A stretch of DNA of 64,000 bases, taken from contig SCUM01000002.1 in assembly GCA_004297215.1 (NCBI GenBank), positions 70,270-134,269 on the forward strand. The letters run 5' to 3'. Below the pieces are notes generated by a model. The model was not told the origin of the DNA, ran no database searches, and saw only the letters and a list, made by a program, of their open reading frames with translations. Below are positions 50,384-60,488 of this stretch, piece after piece. A program made the translations under genes and the position numbers. The stretch is from Patescibacteria group bacterium (GTDB taxonomy: Bacteria > Patescibacteriota > Patescibacteriia > UBA9934 > GWF2-40-263). Each line of letters opens with the position of its first letter. The first letter of the stretch is position 1.

Positions 50384-51007
50384 CTATCTCGTCAGGACCA
50401 CAAGCAACATGTCCTCCTGCGGGAGGTCCTTCTTGGTCACCTTATACTTGCCGGTCTCCTCCTTGCGCGCGGCGCCGAGCGCCTTCACGAAGACCGAGAG
50501 GTCGTCGAGCTTCTCCTTGAGGCCGTCCACGGCATAGGTCATGGGAATCACCACGCGCGGTTCGACGGCCGCCACCAGCTCGGCCGCCTTCTTGCCGTCG
50601 AGCACGCGCCCTGCGCCCACCGGCACCATCAGGATGTCCACCTTCTGCAATTTCTCGAGCTCCTCATTGGTGAGCTCGCGGTCAAGGCTCCCGAGATGCG
50701 CCACGACCATATCCTCGCTCTCAAGCCGCGTGATGAGCGTTGTCCCGGACTTCGTCGGAGCCGCCGTACAATACGCGAACACCCCTTTCACCTCGAACTC
50801 GCCCGGCATGTCCACCACGAACGGATGGTTGCCAAGCGACGCCGTGTTATCCGCCCCCTTCCCGCTCACGGTAACCATGTGCGCCTCCATGCTGCGGGTA
50901 CGCAAACCCGTCGATGGATCGTACGGGTCCATCACGACGGTCACTTCGCCCACGCTCGTCTTCGTGACGATCTCAAAACAGCTCAATCCATGCCAGGAAA
51001 TCTGCAT
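50384..51007 (-). CDS. Metal-dependent hydrolase, beta-lactamase-fold (UPF0173-like)
   Basis: ISWHGLSCFEI at the N-terminus, with HxHxDH-type residues degenerate. The size and pattern resemble the YtkL/UPF0173 family. Confidence 0.6.
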   Translation of the reverse strand: MQISWHGLSCFEIVTKTSVGEVTVVMDPYDPSTGLRTRSMEAHMVTVSGKGADNTASLGNHPFVVDMPGEFEVKGVFAYCTAAPTKSGTTLITRLESEDMVVAHLGSLDRELTNEELEKLQKVDILMVPVGAGRVLDGKKAAELVAAVEPRVVIPMTYAVDGLKEKLDDLSVFVKALGAARKEETGKYKVTKKDLPQEDMLLVVLTR

Positions 51008-51074
51008 ATTTCAACCGAATCGGAGGGTCATTCCAGGCAAAATCTTACCATGGGGATGGTGTGGAAACAAGGGC

Positions 51075-51100
51075 AAAAACCCTCGGACGAACCGAGGGTT
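51075..51100. terminator. Bidirectional intrinsic terminator CCCTCGG-ACGAA-CCGAGGG flanked by A-run/T-run
   Basis: On the minus strand it follows the tRNA-like RNA as ...CCCTCGGTTCGTCCGAGGGTTTTTG. Confidence 0.55.
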
Positions 51101-51142
51101 TTTGCATCCCGGGCCCGAGCATATGCTCGGCCCCCTCTCAGG

Positions 51143-51330
51143 TGGTGGATCCAGCGGGAATCGAACCCGCATCTCGGGGTGGCAAACCTCGCGAGGTTAG
51201 CCATTACCTCCATGGACCCCTGATCCAGCCCGGGATTTTTCGTACAAAAAACTCCCCGATGGCCCGTTTAAGCCGGAAGGGAGTCCCTTGTTGCCACCCC
51301 GATGGGTCCTGACTCGGACCTCGCAAGGTT
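51143..51330 (-). ncRNA. Structured ~190-nt RNA with tRNA-like 3' domain (T-arm GCGGG-TTCGATT-CCCGC, acceptor strand, encoded CCA); identity unresolved (not a canonical tRNA or tmRNA)
   Basis: Its own TTGACA-17-TTAAAT promoter (51337-51365), a 3' tRNA-like T-arm plus CCA at 51143, a downstream terminator, and long-range complementarities. No canonical anticodon arm, and no tmRNA-like tag ORF ending in AA. Confidence 0.45.
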
Positions 51331-51336
51331 GCGTGT

Positions 51337-51365
51337 ATTTAATCACGGAAACGGCTTTTTGTCAA
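51337..51365 (-). promoter_or_regulatory. Sigma70-like promoter TTGACA -17 nt- TTAAAT for the tRNA-like RNA
   Basis: The minus strand reads TTGACAaaaagccgtttccgtgaTTAAAT. Confidence 0.5.
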
Positions 51366-51394
51366 AGCCTGTTCTGTGGAAAACTAGCGGGCGG

Positions 51395-51892
51395 TCAGGC
51401 CACTGCGGACCGCATTACCCAGTCGCTCCTCAACTTGATGCAGGCGGCCACAATGATGGCAATTTCCGCCAAGAACGTCCAATGAAGCAAGAAACTCCAT
51501 ACCCAGAATGCCTGCGTAGCTGGAACCGTTACGAGAAAAGACACCTTGTCTGAAAAAGGGTATAGCCAAGCGATACCGCCTACGAATGTGTCGAGAACAA
51601 AGTGGAGCATTATGTTTGAGAACACGATGCCAACAATCACCATCGCCTTCCGATTCCTCAAGAGGAGGGCGAGCGAGGCACAGACCCCCAAAATGGCGAG
51701 CCAGACGATCGGCACATGCGTCCAATATTCATGATGGAGCGTTTGACGATGATCGATAAAATAGAAATATAAGATGTCGATGTCGGGAAAAATGCTTGCC
51801 ACTAACCCGATCCAAAGGAACGAACGAACCTTTGTCCTATCCTGGATCCAACGTGTCAGCAAATAGCCGGCAGGCAAATGCGCGATGAACAT
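51395..51892 (-). CDS. Membrane-bound metal-dependent hydrolase family (YdjM/DUF457-like) protein
   Basis: A small polytopic membrane protein with an N-terminus FIAHLPAGYLL and His-rich positions typical of the family. It lies in a low-GC islet. Confidence 0.6.
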   Translation of the reverse strand: MFIAHLPAGYLLTRWIQDRTKVRSFLWIGLVASIFPDIDILYFYFIDHRQTLHHEYWTHVPIVWLAILGVCASLALLLRNRKAMVIVGIVFSNIMLHFVLDTFVGGIAWLYPFSDKVSFLVTVPATQAFWVWSFLLHWTFLAEIAIIVAACIKLRSDWVMRSAVA

Positions 51893-51895
51893 ACT

Positions 51896-52243
51896 TCAGC
51901 TGCGTCGCTGGTCCGACCTATACATCCAATATATCATCAGGACGATTGGATAGAGTGGAAAGAAAAGTACGAGCGCATCGAGAAGCTGGTTGCGAGGACT
52001 ACTTCTATCATTGAACAGGCTTAAGCAACCAATGCACGAATCCGTGTTTACTCCCGCATCAAAATAAAAAGGAAGCGGCCACCCCCATTGTCGTTGATCC
52101 TCCTCACAAAATTCAAAACGACATGGCTTTGGATATCGATGCTGCGAATCGACGCGCTGCTCGACCACCAACGTCGCATACGTTCCGAACCAGGCCAAAA
52201 CGGCTGTCAGCCCCAAAAGCCACCCGAGTTTTTTGAGTTTCAT
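51896..52243 (-). CDS. Hypothetical small membrane/secreted protein
   Basis: An N-terminal hydrophobic segment MKLKKLGWLLGLTAVLAW. It lies in the low-GC islet. The start is uncertain (52279 or 52243). Confidence 0.4.
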   Translation of the reverse strand: MKLKKLGWLLGLTAVLAWFGTYATLVVEQRVDSQHRYPKPCRFEFCEEDQRQWGWPLPFYFDAGVNTDSCIGCLSLFNDRSSPRNQLLDALVLFFPLYPIVLMIYWMYRSDQRRS

Positions 52244-52248
52244 TTTCG

Positions 52249-52926
52249 TCACAACCCCTCCCCGAACGTGTCCTTCCAATACTCGATTTCCTTCTTCACT
52301 TCCTCCAATTCCGGATCCTGCTCGGTGACCGAAAACCCTTCGCGAAAACGCTCCACCTTTGAGAGGATCTCATCCTTCCATTTGGGGTCCTTGTCCGCGA
52401 GCGCCTCGAGCTCGTCGATCTTCGCCTTGATCTCTTCGGCATGCTCCTGCCACTTCGCCACCAGCTTCTTGTACTTCTCCGACAAAGGATCGATCGCCTT
52501 CGCCATCTCCTCGCGCACGTGGTCGGCCGCGTCGAGCAACCCGTCTTCCACCTGATAGCGCTCCGGGCCCGTGAACTCGGTCTCGAACAGGTCGCTTCGG
52601 ACGATCTCGACGAGCGGGACGCCGGCGTCCAGATGCTTCTTGAGCTTCGTACGCACGTTCTCGTCCACATGCTCGAGCACGAGCGCGAGGCGCGTATCCT
52701 CCTCGAGCTTCCCGGCCATTTCCTGGCTGGCCTTGCGATGCGGATACTCGGCCATGCCCGTTTGCGCGAGCGCGGCCTCGATTTCCTCCTGGGAGGCGTT
52801 CTCGTTGCCGAGCAGCTCGGCATGCCGCTTGAGCGCCTGCGCCTTCACCTCCGGCGGGACGGAGGGGACGATGTGGTCGATGGCGATCTGGAACTCCTTG
52901 AGGATCGAGGCGTGAGGATGGGACAT
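52249..52926 (-). CDS. Hypothetical acidic coiled-coil protein (225 aa)
   Basis: Intact ORF that is Glu/Lys-rich and predicted helical. Confidence 0.5.
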   Translation of the reverse strand: MSHPHASILKEFQIAIDHIVPSVPPEVKAQALKRHAELLGNENASQEEIEAALAQTGMAEYPHRKASQEMAGKLEEDTRLALVLEHVDENVRTKLKKHLDAGVPLVEIVRSDLFETEFTGPERYQVEDGLLDAADHVREEMAKAIDPLSEKYKKLVAKWQEHAEEIKAKIDELEALADKDPKWKDEILSKVERFREGFSVTEQDPELEEVKKEIEYWKDTFGEGL

Positions 52927-52936
52927 AACGGATTGG

Positions 52937-53062
52937 TTTGAAGGGTGGGAAGGGTTTGAAGGGAAAAACGGAGACAGGAGGATTATCCACCACCCTTACG
53001 ACCCTTACAACCCTTCAGACCCTTCCCAATGAAAAAGCCGCCCATGTTCCCATGGACGGCCA
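52937..53062. repeat. Large imperfect inverted repeat built from GAAGGG/CCCTTC units
   Basis: GGTTTGAAGGGTGGGAAGGGTTTGAAGGG ...~30 nt... CCCTTACGACCCTTACAACCCTTCAGACCCTTCCC. Confidence 0.5.
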
Positions 53063-53069
53063 GACACAC

Positions 53070-54377
53070 TCACGCGGCGACGAGCGTCGAGCGCGGCAGC
53101 GGCTTGGCACGGACCACCGTCCCCCATTTCGGACGTGCCACCGCATCACGGTCTTGGATCAGGAGGTCCCCGTCGTCGGACCTGTACATCACGACCGGCG
53201 CCGGGGCGCCGAGCAGGTCCCACGCGCGCGCCGCGCCCTTCGGGAGCAACTCCGGGAACAGCGTGGCGAGAGCCAGCCCTTCGCGGGGGAACAGGGATTC
53301 CTCCATCGGCGACAACGACTCGATCGCGACCGAAGGGTCCACTCCCAGGTAATTTCCCCCGTCGTCACAGAAGATCCAGTACGGGTCCGACCCCTTCATC
53401 GGATACCCCTCTTCCAGGTCGTCTTCCCACATGTCGCTCAGCCAGTCCGCCTTCGCGGCCACCGCCGCGTCGATAAGCGGGACGTCCGGGAGCACGAGCG
53501 CCACGTACCGATACCGCAACATCCACGACAGCGGGATGTCCGGGATCGGCGGCACCTTGGCACGCAGCGCCTCCAGGCTGCCGCGCTCTCCCTGACGCAA
53601 GGCCTGCGGCGCGCACGCCGCGAACGCCGCATGCATCCGCCTGATCAACAGGTCGGACAGCTCCTTGTCGACGTACCATTCCCCGCCGCACAAGATGCCG
53701 CGCCGCTTTGGCATGAGCATCAATGGGCGTGCGACGGGCGGCGTTCGCGTCTTCGCCCGCTTGGGAGGCTTCCCGAGCGCGCTCACGACCGTCGGGCTGG
53801 CCACGGAGGGCGGGGCGACCGTCCTCCCCGGCTCCTTCTTCGTGGGCTCCGGAACGGTCGGGAGGCGGGACGCCACGGGGGGCGCGACGCGGGGGGGAAG
53901 CACCTGACTGATCATGATCGCGGGATCGGTGGGGACGTCGTCGAACCCATCGTCCAGCGACACATCGAATCCCTCATCCAGCGCCTGCATCTCAGGATCG
54001 GTTGGAACATCCTCGAATCCCTCATCCGGCTGGGACTCGGCGTGCGCGCTCACTCCCCGCGCCGTCGTCGGCTTGGGGTCGACATGGGGCGCCGAGTCAG
54101 CGGCGATGTCCGGCTCGGGCGCCGTGAAGCGGATCTGCGACGGAACGGGAGAGGGCGGCGTCTTTTCGTCAAACCCGTCCTCTTCGATCGGCTCCGTGTC
54201 CGTGACGGGTGCCGTGAAGCGGACGGGAACGGGCGGCTTCGGGACGATCGGGAACGCCGGAGGCGCCTTCGACTCCGCCTGCCGGTATCCCGCAAGAAGA
54301 CGCAGGTTCTTTCGCACGTCCCTCCAGATGAGGAGGAGCAACGTCGTGTGCATGAGAGCGATGAAATACAGTGACAT
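53070..54377 (-). CDS. Membrane-anchored protein with Pro-rich linker and C-terminal domain of possible SMI1/KNR4 (SUKH)-like type
   Basis: An N-terminal TM helix (MSLYFIALMHTTLLLLIW) follows a GAGGAG RBS. It has a long P-rich spacer and a C-terminal ...LSDMWEDDLEEGYPMKGSDPYWIFCDDGGNYLGVDPS.... The domain call is tentative. Confidence 0.5.
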   Translation of the reverse strand: MSLYFIALMHTTLLLLIWRDVRKNLRLLAGYRQAESKAPPAFPIVPKPPVPVRFTAPVTDTEPIEEDGFDEKTPPSPVPSQIRFTAPEPDIAADSAPHVDPKPTTARGVSAHAESQPDEGFEDVPTDPEMQALDEGFDVSLDDGFDDVPTDPAIMISQVLPPRVAPPVASRLPTVPEPTKKEPGRTVAPPSVASPTVVSALGKPPKRAKTRTPPVARPLMLMPKRRGILCGGEWYVDKELSDLLIRRMHAAFAACAPQALRQGERGSLEALRAKVPPIPDIPLSWMLRYRYVALVLPDVPLIDAAVAAKADWLSDMWEDDLEEGYPMKGSDPYWIFCDDGGNYLGVDPSVAIESLSPMEESLFPREGLALATLFPELLPKGAARAWDLLGAPAPVVMYRSDDGDLLIQDRDAVARPKWGTVVRAKPLPRSTLVAA

Positions 54378-54663
54378 GCGACTCCTCGATTGTGAAGGAA
54401 TGGGATACGGGGCCGCCGTATCGGGTTTTTCACGCGAAAAACATCTTAAGCTAGCCGATTTTGAGTGCCCTGTCAAGCGAAACACCTGAAAGAGGGCTGA
54501 TTCTTGCCTAATTCCGGCCCTTCCGCTACACTCGCCTCACTTATTAACTCTTAGCACCGATGGGACCAGAGGCATGAAGGCCGCAGGCGAGAAGGCATGA
54601 GGGTATTTCCCTGAAGCCTTGTCCGCCTAAAGCCTGAGGCCTTCGCTCCTCCCGGAACACGCT

Positions 54664-55788
54664 ATGTCCACGATGCAGAACGCCGCCTCCAAGTCCCCCG
54701 AGCTCGCCAAGCTCCTCGAGGAGGGGCCGTACTTGAACATTCCCGCCACCGGTGACGTGGTGAAGGGCAAGATCGTCACCGCCAGCCGCCGCGAGGTGAA
54801 GGTGGACCTTGGCGGCATCCTCACGGGCGTCGTGCGCGGGCGCGAGCTGTTCGCCGAGTCGTCCGACTACGCGAACCTCGCCGTCGGCTCCGAGGTGGAG
54901 GCCACGGTGATCGACCTCGAGAACGAGAACGGCGAGATCGAGCTTTCCTTCCGCTTCGCCGGCCAGAAGAAGGCGTGGGAGGAGCTGAAGCGCCTGTTCA
55001 CGACCGGCGAGCCGGTGGAAGGCCGCATCCTCGAGGCCAACAAGGGCGGATTGCTCGTGAAGGTGGGCCACGTGACCGGCTTCCTGCCCGTCTCCCAGCT
55101 CTCCCCGGAGCACTACCCGCGCGTGTCCGGCGGCGACAAGAACAAGATCCTCGAGAAGCTCAAGACCTACGTGGGCAACGGGCTCGACGTGAAGGTGATC
55201 GACGTGAACGAGGCCGACGAGAAGCTGATCGTCTCCGAGAAGGCCGTGTGGGAGGAGAAGCAGAAGAACGTGCTGGCCAAGTTCAAGGTGGGCAACCGGG
55301 TGACGGGCGAAGTGACCGCGCTCGCGGACTTCGGCGCGTTCGTGCGCTTCGACGCGCTCGAGGGCCTGGTGCACATCAGCGAGATCGCCTGGCAGCGCAT
55401 CGACCACCCGCGCGACGTGCTCAAGGTGGGAGCGCTCGTGGACGCCGAGATCATCGGCATCGAGGGAAGCAAGATCTTCCTGTCCATGAAGAAGCTGATC
55501 GAGGACCCCTGGAAGAACATCGGCGCCAAGTACAAGGTGGGCGACGCCGTCGAGGGCACCGTCCTCAAGGTGAACCCGTTCGGGTTCTTCGTGGAGCTGG
55601 ATCCGGAAATCCACGGCCTCGCGCACGTGAGCGAGCTGTCCGAGACCCCGGTCGCCGACATCAACGCGCTCGGGAAGCCCGGCGACAAGATGACCTTCAA
55701 GATCGTCTCCATCGAGCCCGCCGAGCACCGCCTCGGCCTCTCCATCAAGGCCCTCACGGCAAAGCCCGAGGAGAAACCGACCGAATAA
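54664..55788 (+). CDS. rpsA: 30S ribosomal protein S1 (short, four S1 domains)
   Basis: Repeated S1-domain patterns: G.VV.G.V, GF.AFLP, GG.DGLLHISEIAW-like segments. Confidence 0.9.
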   Translation: MSTMQNAASKSPELAKLLEEGPYLNIPATGDVVKGKIVTASRREVKVDLGGILTGVVRGRELFAESSDYANLAVGSEVEATVIDLENENGEIELSFRFAGQKKAWEELKRLFTTGEPVEGRILEANKGGLLVKVGHVTGFLPVSQLSPEHYPRVSGGDKNKILEKLKTYVGNGLDVKVIDVNEADEKLIVSEKAVWEEKQKNVLAKFKVGNRVTGEVTALADFGAFVRFDALEGLVHISEIAWQRIDHPRDVLKVGALVDAEIIGIEGSKIFLSMKKLIEDPWKNIGAKYKVGDAVEGTVLKVNPFGFFVELDPEIHGLAHVSELSETPVADINALGKPGDKMTFKIVSIEPAEHRLGLSIKALTAKPEEKPTE

Positions 55789-55827
55789 TTTGATCCTTCA
55801 AGTTTTGGTTCTTCAAGTTCTCATCGC

Positions 55828-57651
<1,824 letters not shown>

Positions 57652-57678
57652 CCAACCGACGACCCATAGTGGAGGACT

Positions 57679-58659
57679 ATGGCTGCCAAGCCCACCCCGA
57701 CGTATCGCCCCTTGCTGCGCGAGGCCCTTCGCCTCACGTGGGAGCGCAAGTCGCTGTGGGTTTTCGGTCTGTTCGCGAGCCTCCTTTCTACCGGCGGGAT
57801 CGTGGACGTGGGCGCGCGTGGCCTGCGCCGGGTAGAGGACGGGAGCGACCTGTTGCTGAACGTCGTGAACGATACCTTCACCGGGGCCGACACCTTCGGC
57901 GCGTGGATCCGCCAGGTGGAGCTGCTCGAGCCCGGTCGCGTCACCCTCACGGTGACCGCCGCGTTCGTGCTGGTCCTCGCCGCGCTCGTGGCCGCGTTCC
58001 TCTCCCAGGCCGCGCTCATCCGGGGTCTCGCCTGCACGGACCCGCAGCCGTTCCATCACCACATGCGCGAGGGCCGGCCATTCTTCTGGCGCCTGGTGTG
58101 CCTCACCCTCGCCGGCAAAGCCGCCCAGGGGGTGCTCCTGCTCATGGCGTCCCTCCCGCTCGTCCTCGTCGTCGCGCGCGGCACATACGCGGACGGGCTC
58201 CTGTTCGTCGCCTGCTTCCTGATCGCCTTCCCGCTGTCCATCATCGCGAACCTCGTCACGGCGCTCGCGGTGATTGACGTCGTGCGCGACGACCGGAGCG
58301 CGGCACATGCCCTCTTGCACGCTGCGGGCCGCTTTGCCGGCCACTGGCTCGCCGCGCTTGAGCTGGGCGCCGTGGCGTACCTCGCGATCACCGGCCTTTG
58401 GGTGATAGGCGGGGCGGCCATCATCCTCGCCTCCTTGCCCTACGGCGCGCTCGTGGCGCTTGCCCTCTATCTGGGTTCGCCCGTCCTGTTCGGCCTCGTG
58501 ACCGTGGCGTTCGGCATCGTCGTGGGCGCGATCGCCTTCGCGGCCATCGGGGCGGCCACCACGCTCCAATATGCCGTTTGGCTGCGATATTCCCTTCGCG
58601 CCGAAAACAGGCGATCCCCCCTGGTCGCGAAACTCGAGAGGCTCTGGCGGAAGTGGTAG
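57679..58659 (+). CDS. Hypothetical polytopic membrane protein
   Basis: At least six hydrophobic helices and a GGAGG RBS. No motif recognised. Confidence 0.6.
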   Translation: MAAKPTPTYRPLLREALRLTWERKSLWVFGLFASLLSTGGIVDVGARGLRRVEDGSDLLLNVVNDTFTGADTFGAWIRQVELLEPGRVTLTVTAAFVLVLAALVAAFLSQAALIRGLACTDPQPFHHHMREGRPFFWRLVCLTLAGKAAQGVLLLMASLPLVLVVARGTYADGLLFVACFLIAFPLSIIANLVTALAVIDVVRDDRSAAHALLHAAGRFAGHWLAALELGAVAYLAITGLWVIGGAAIILASLPYGALVALALYLGSPVLFGLVTVAFGIVVGAIAFAAIGAATTLQYAVWLRYSLRAENRRSPLVAKLERLWRKW

Positions 58660-58755
58660 CAAAGCCATAGAATGCAAGGCATTAGGCCGCAGGCGTGAAG
58701 GCCGCAGGAAGTCCCTGAAGCCTTGTCCGCCTGAGGCCTGAAGCCTTTTGTTGTT

Positions 58756-60468
58756 ATGGAGACACAAAGCATCGAATCCCTGCTGAAGAAGACCGGGGCC
58801 GCCACGGCCGCCGGTGGCGTCGTAGAGGGGAAATTCGAGGAGAAGATGCATGAGATCCGCCTGCGGGAAAAGGAAGAGGAAACGCAGAAAACTGCGGCGG
58901 CGACCGGCATCCCCTATGTGAACCTGAAAGGGTTCCCCATCTCCCCGGAGGCGATCTCCCTGATCCCGCGCGAACAGGCCAGCGCCCTCAAGGCCATCTG
59001 CTTCCTGTATACGGGCGCCGACGTGCGCCTCGCGAGCGTCACCCCCGAGGACCCGGCCGTGAAGGAACTGCTCTATCAGCTTGAGGAACGCCTCGACGCC
59101 AAGGGCGGCCTCTATCTCATCTCCGAGGAGAGCTTCCGCATGGCCGACAAGCTCTACGACGCGCTCCCCAAGGTGCGCGCCATCGTGAAGGGGGTGAAAG
59201 TGACGGATGAGGAGCTGGCGCGGTTCCAGTCCGAGCTCAAGGGCTATGCCGACATCGCGCGCGTGCTCGGGAAGGCCTCGGTCACCGACGTGCTTACGAT
59301 CGTGATGGCCGCGGCGTTCGCGTTCGGCACGAGCGACGTGCACATCGAGGCGGAGGAGAAGGGCGTGGCCGTGCGCCTGCGCATCGACGGCGAGCTGCAG
59401 GACGTGGCCACGCTCCCGCACGAGATGTGGAAGAAGCTCATCGCGCGCGTGAAGCTGGTGAGCGGGCTCAAGATCAACGTCACCGAACGGCCCCAGGACG
59501 GACGTTTCACCATCTTCCTCAAGGGGGGCGACACGGACGTGCGCGTATCGAGCATCCCCACCAATTGGGGGGAATCGGTCGTGATGCGCCTGCTGAAGCC
59601 CACCTCCATCGCGGTCGATTTCGCCGCGCTCGGGTTCCGCGCGCCGGTGGGCGCCAAGCTCGAGCGCGAGATCGGGAAGCCGCACGGCATGGTGATCACC
59701 ACGGGCCCCACCGGAAGCGGCAAGACCACCACGCTCTACGCCATCCTGCGCAAGCTCAACACCGCGGACGTGAAGATCATCACGCTCGAGGACCCGATCG
59801 AATACAAGCTCGAGGGGATCAACCAGTCGCAGATCGACCAGTCGAAGAACTACACCTTCGCCTCGGGGCTGCGAAGCATCCTGCGCCAGGACCCCGACGT
59901 GGTGATGGTGGGCGAAATCCGCGACCTCGAGACGGCCGAGGTGGCGATCAATGCCGCGCTCACCGGCCACCTGATGCTCTCCACCCTGCACACCAACGAC
60001 GCCTCCGGCGCGCTCCCCCGTTTCATCTCCATGGGCGTGAAGCCGTTCCTCATCGCCCCGGCGCTCAACGCCATCATCGGCCAACGCTTGGTGCGCAAGA
60101 TCCACGAGGCGTGCAAGGAGCCGTTCACGCCTCCGAGCGAGCAGATCGAGACGGCCAAGAGGATCCTCGCGAACCTCCCGGCCGCTTCCGGAGAAACCGT
60201 CCCTCCACCGGAACAATGGAAATTCTTCCACGGCAAGGGGTGCGACGCGTGCAACGGCTCGGGCTTCAAAGGTCGCGTGGGCGCCTACGAAGTGCTCGTG
60301 ATGGACGACACGATCCGCGAAGCGCTCACGGAGACGCTCTCGGAATACAAGGTGCGCGAGCTCGCCAAGACGCAAGGGATGGTGACGATGCCCCAAGACG
60401 GGATGCTGAAGGCGCTCGACGGGCTCACCACCATCGAAGAGGTGCTGCGCAACGTGGGCGAAGGATAG
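58756..60468 (+). CDS. pilB: Type IV pilus assembly ATPase PilB/GspE (full-length, with N-terminal GSPII_E domain)
   Basis: An N-terminal T2SSE_N-like domain, GPTGSGKTT Walker A, and a tetracysteine motif C...C...CDAC. Confidence 0.9.
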   Translation: METQSIESLLKKTGAATAAGGVVEGKFEEKMHEIRLREKEEETQKTAAATGIPYVNLKGFPISPEAISLIPREQASALKAICFLYTGADVRLASVTPEDPAVKELLYQLEERLDAKGGLYLISEESFRMADKLYDALPKVRAIVKGVKVTDEELARFQSELKGYADIARVLGKASVTDVLTIVMAAAFAFGTSDVHIEAEEKGVAVRLRIDGELQDVATLPHEMWKKLIARVKLVSGLKINVTERPQDGRFTIFLKGGDTDVRVSSIPTNWGESVVMRLLKPTSIAVDFAALGFRAPVGAKLEREIGKPHGMVITTGPTGSGKTTTLYAILRKLNTADVKIITLEDPIEYKLEGINQSQIDQSKNYTFASGLRSILRQDPDVVMVGEIRDLETAEVAINAALTGHLMLSTLHTNDASGALPRFISMGVKPFLIAPALNAIIGQRLVRKIHEACKEPFTPPSEQIETAKRILANLPAASGETVPPPEQWKFFHGKGCDACNGSGFKGRVGAYEVLVMDDTIREALTETLSEYKVRELAKTQGMVTMPQDGMLKALDGLTTIEEVLRNVGEG

Positions 60469-60488
60469 GGAACGAAAAACGACCGCGA

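Noticed and set aside
51143-51226. Canonical tRNA or tRNA-Sec call for the 84-nt 3' segment
   Set aside because: The acceptor helix has a mismatch. No 5-bp/7-nt anticodon stem-loop can be formed, because the region is a loop-less 14-nt palindrome. No TCA anticodon is present.
51143-51330. tmRNA (ssrA) identity for the tRNA-like RNA
   Set aside because: At ~190 nt it is too short. There is no 5' GGGG acceptor strand complementary to the 3' end, and no tag-peptide frame ending in Ala-Ala-stop. The only frame with TAA ends ...DSLPA. It is kept as an unresolved tRNA-like ncRNA.
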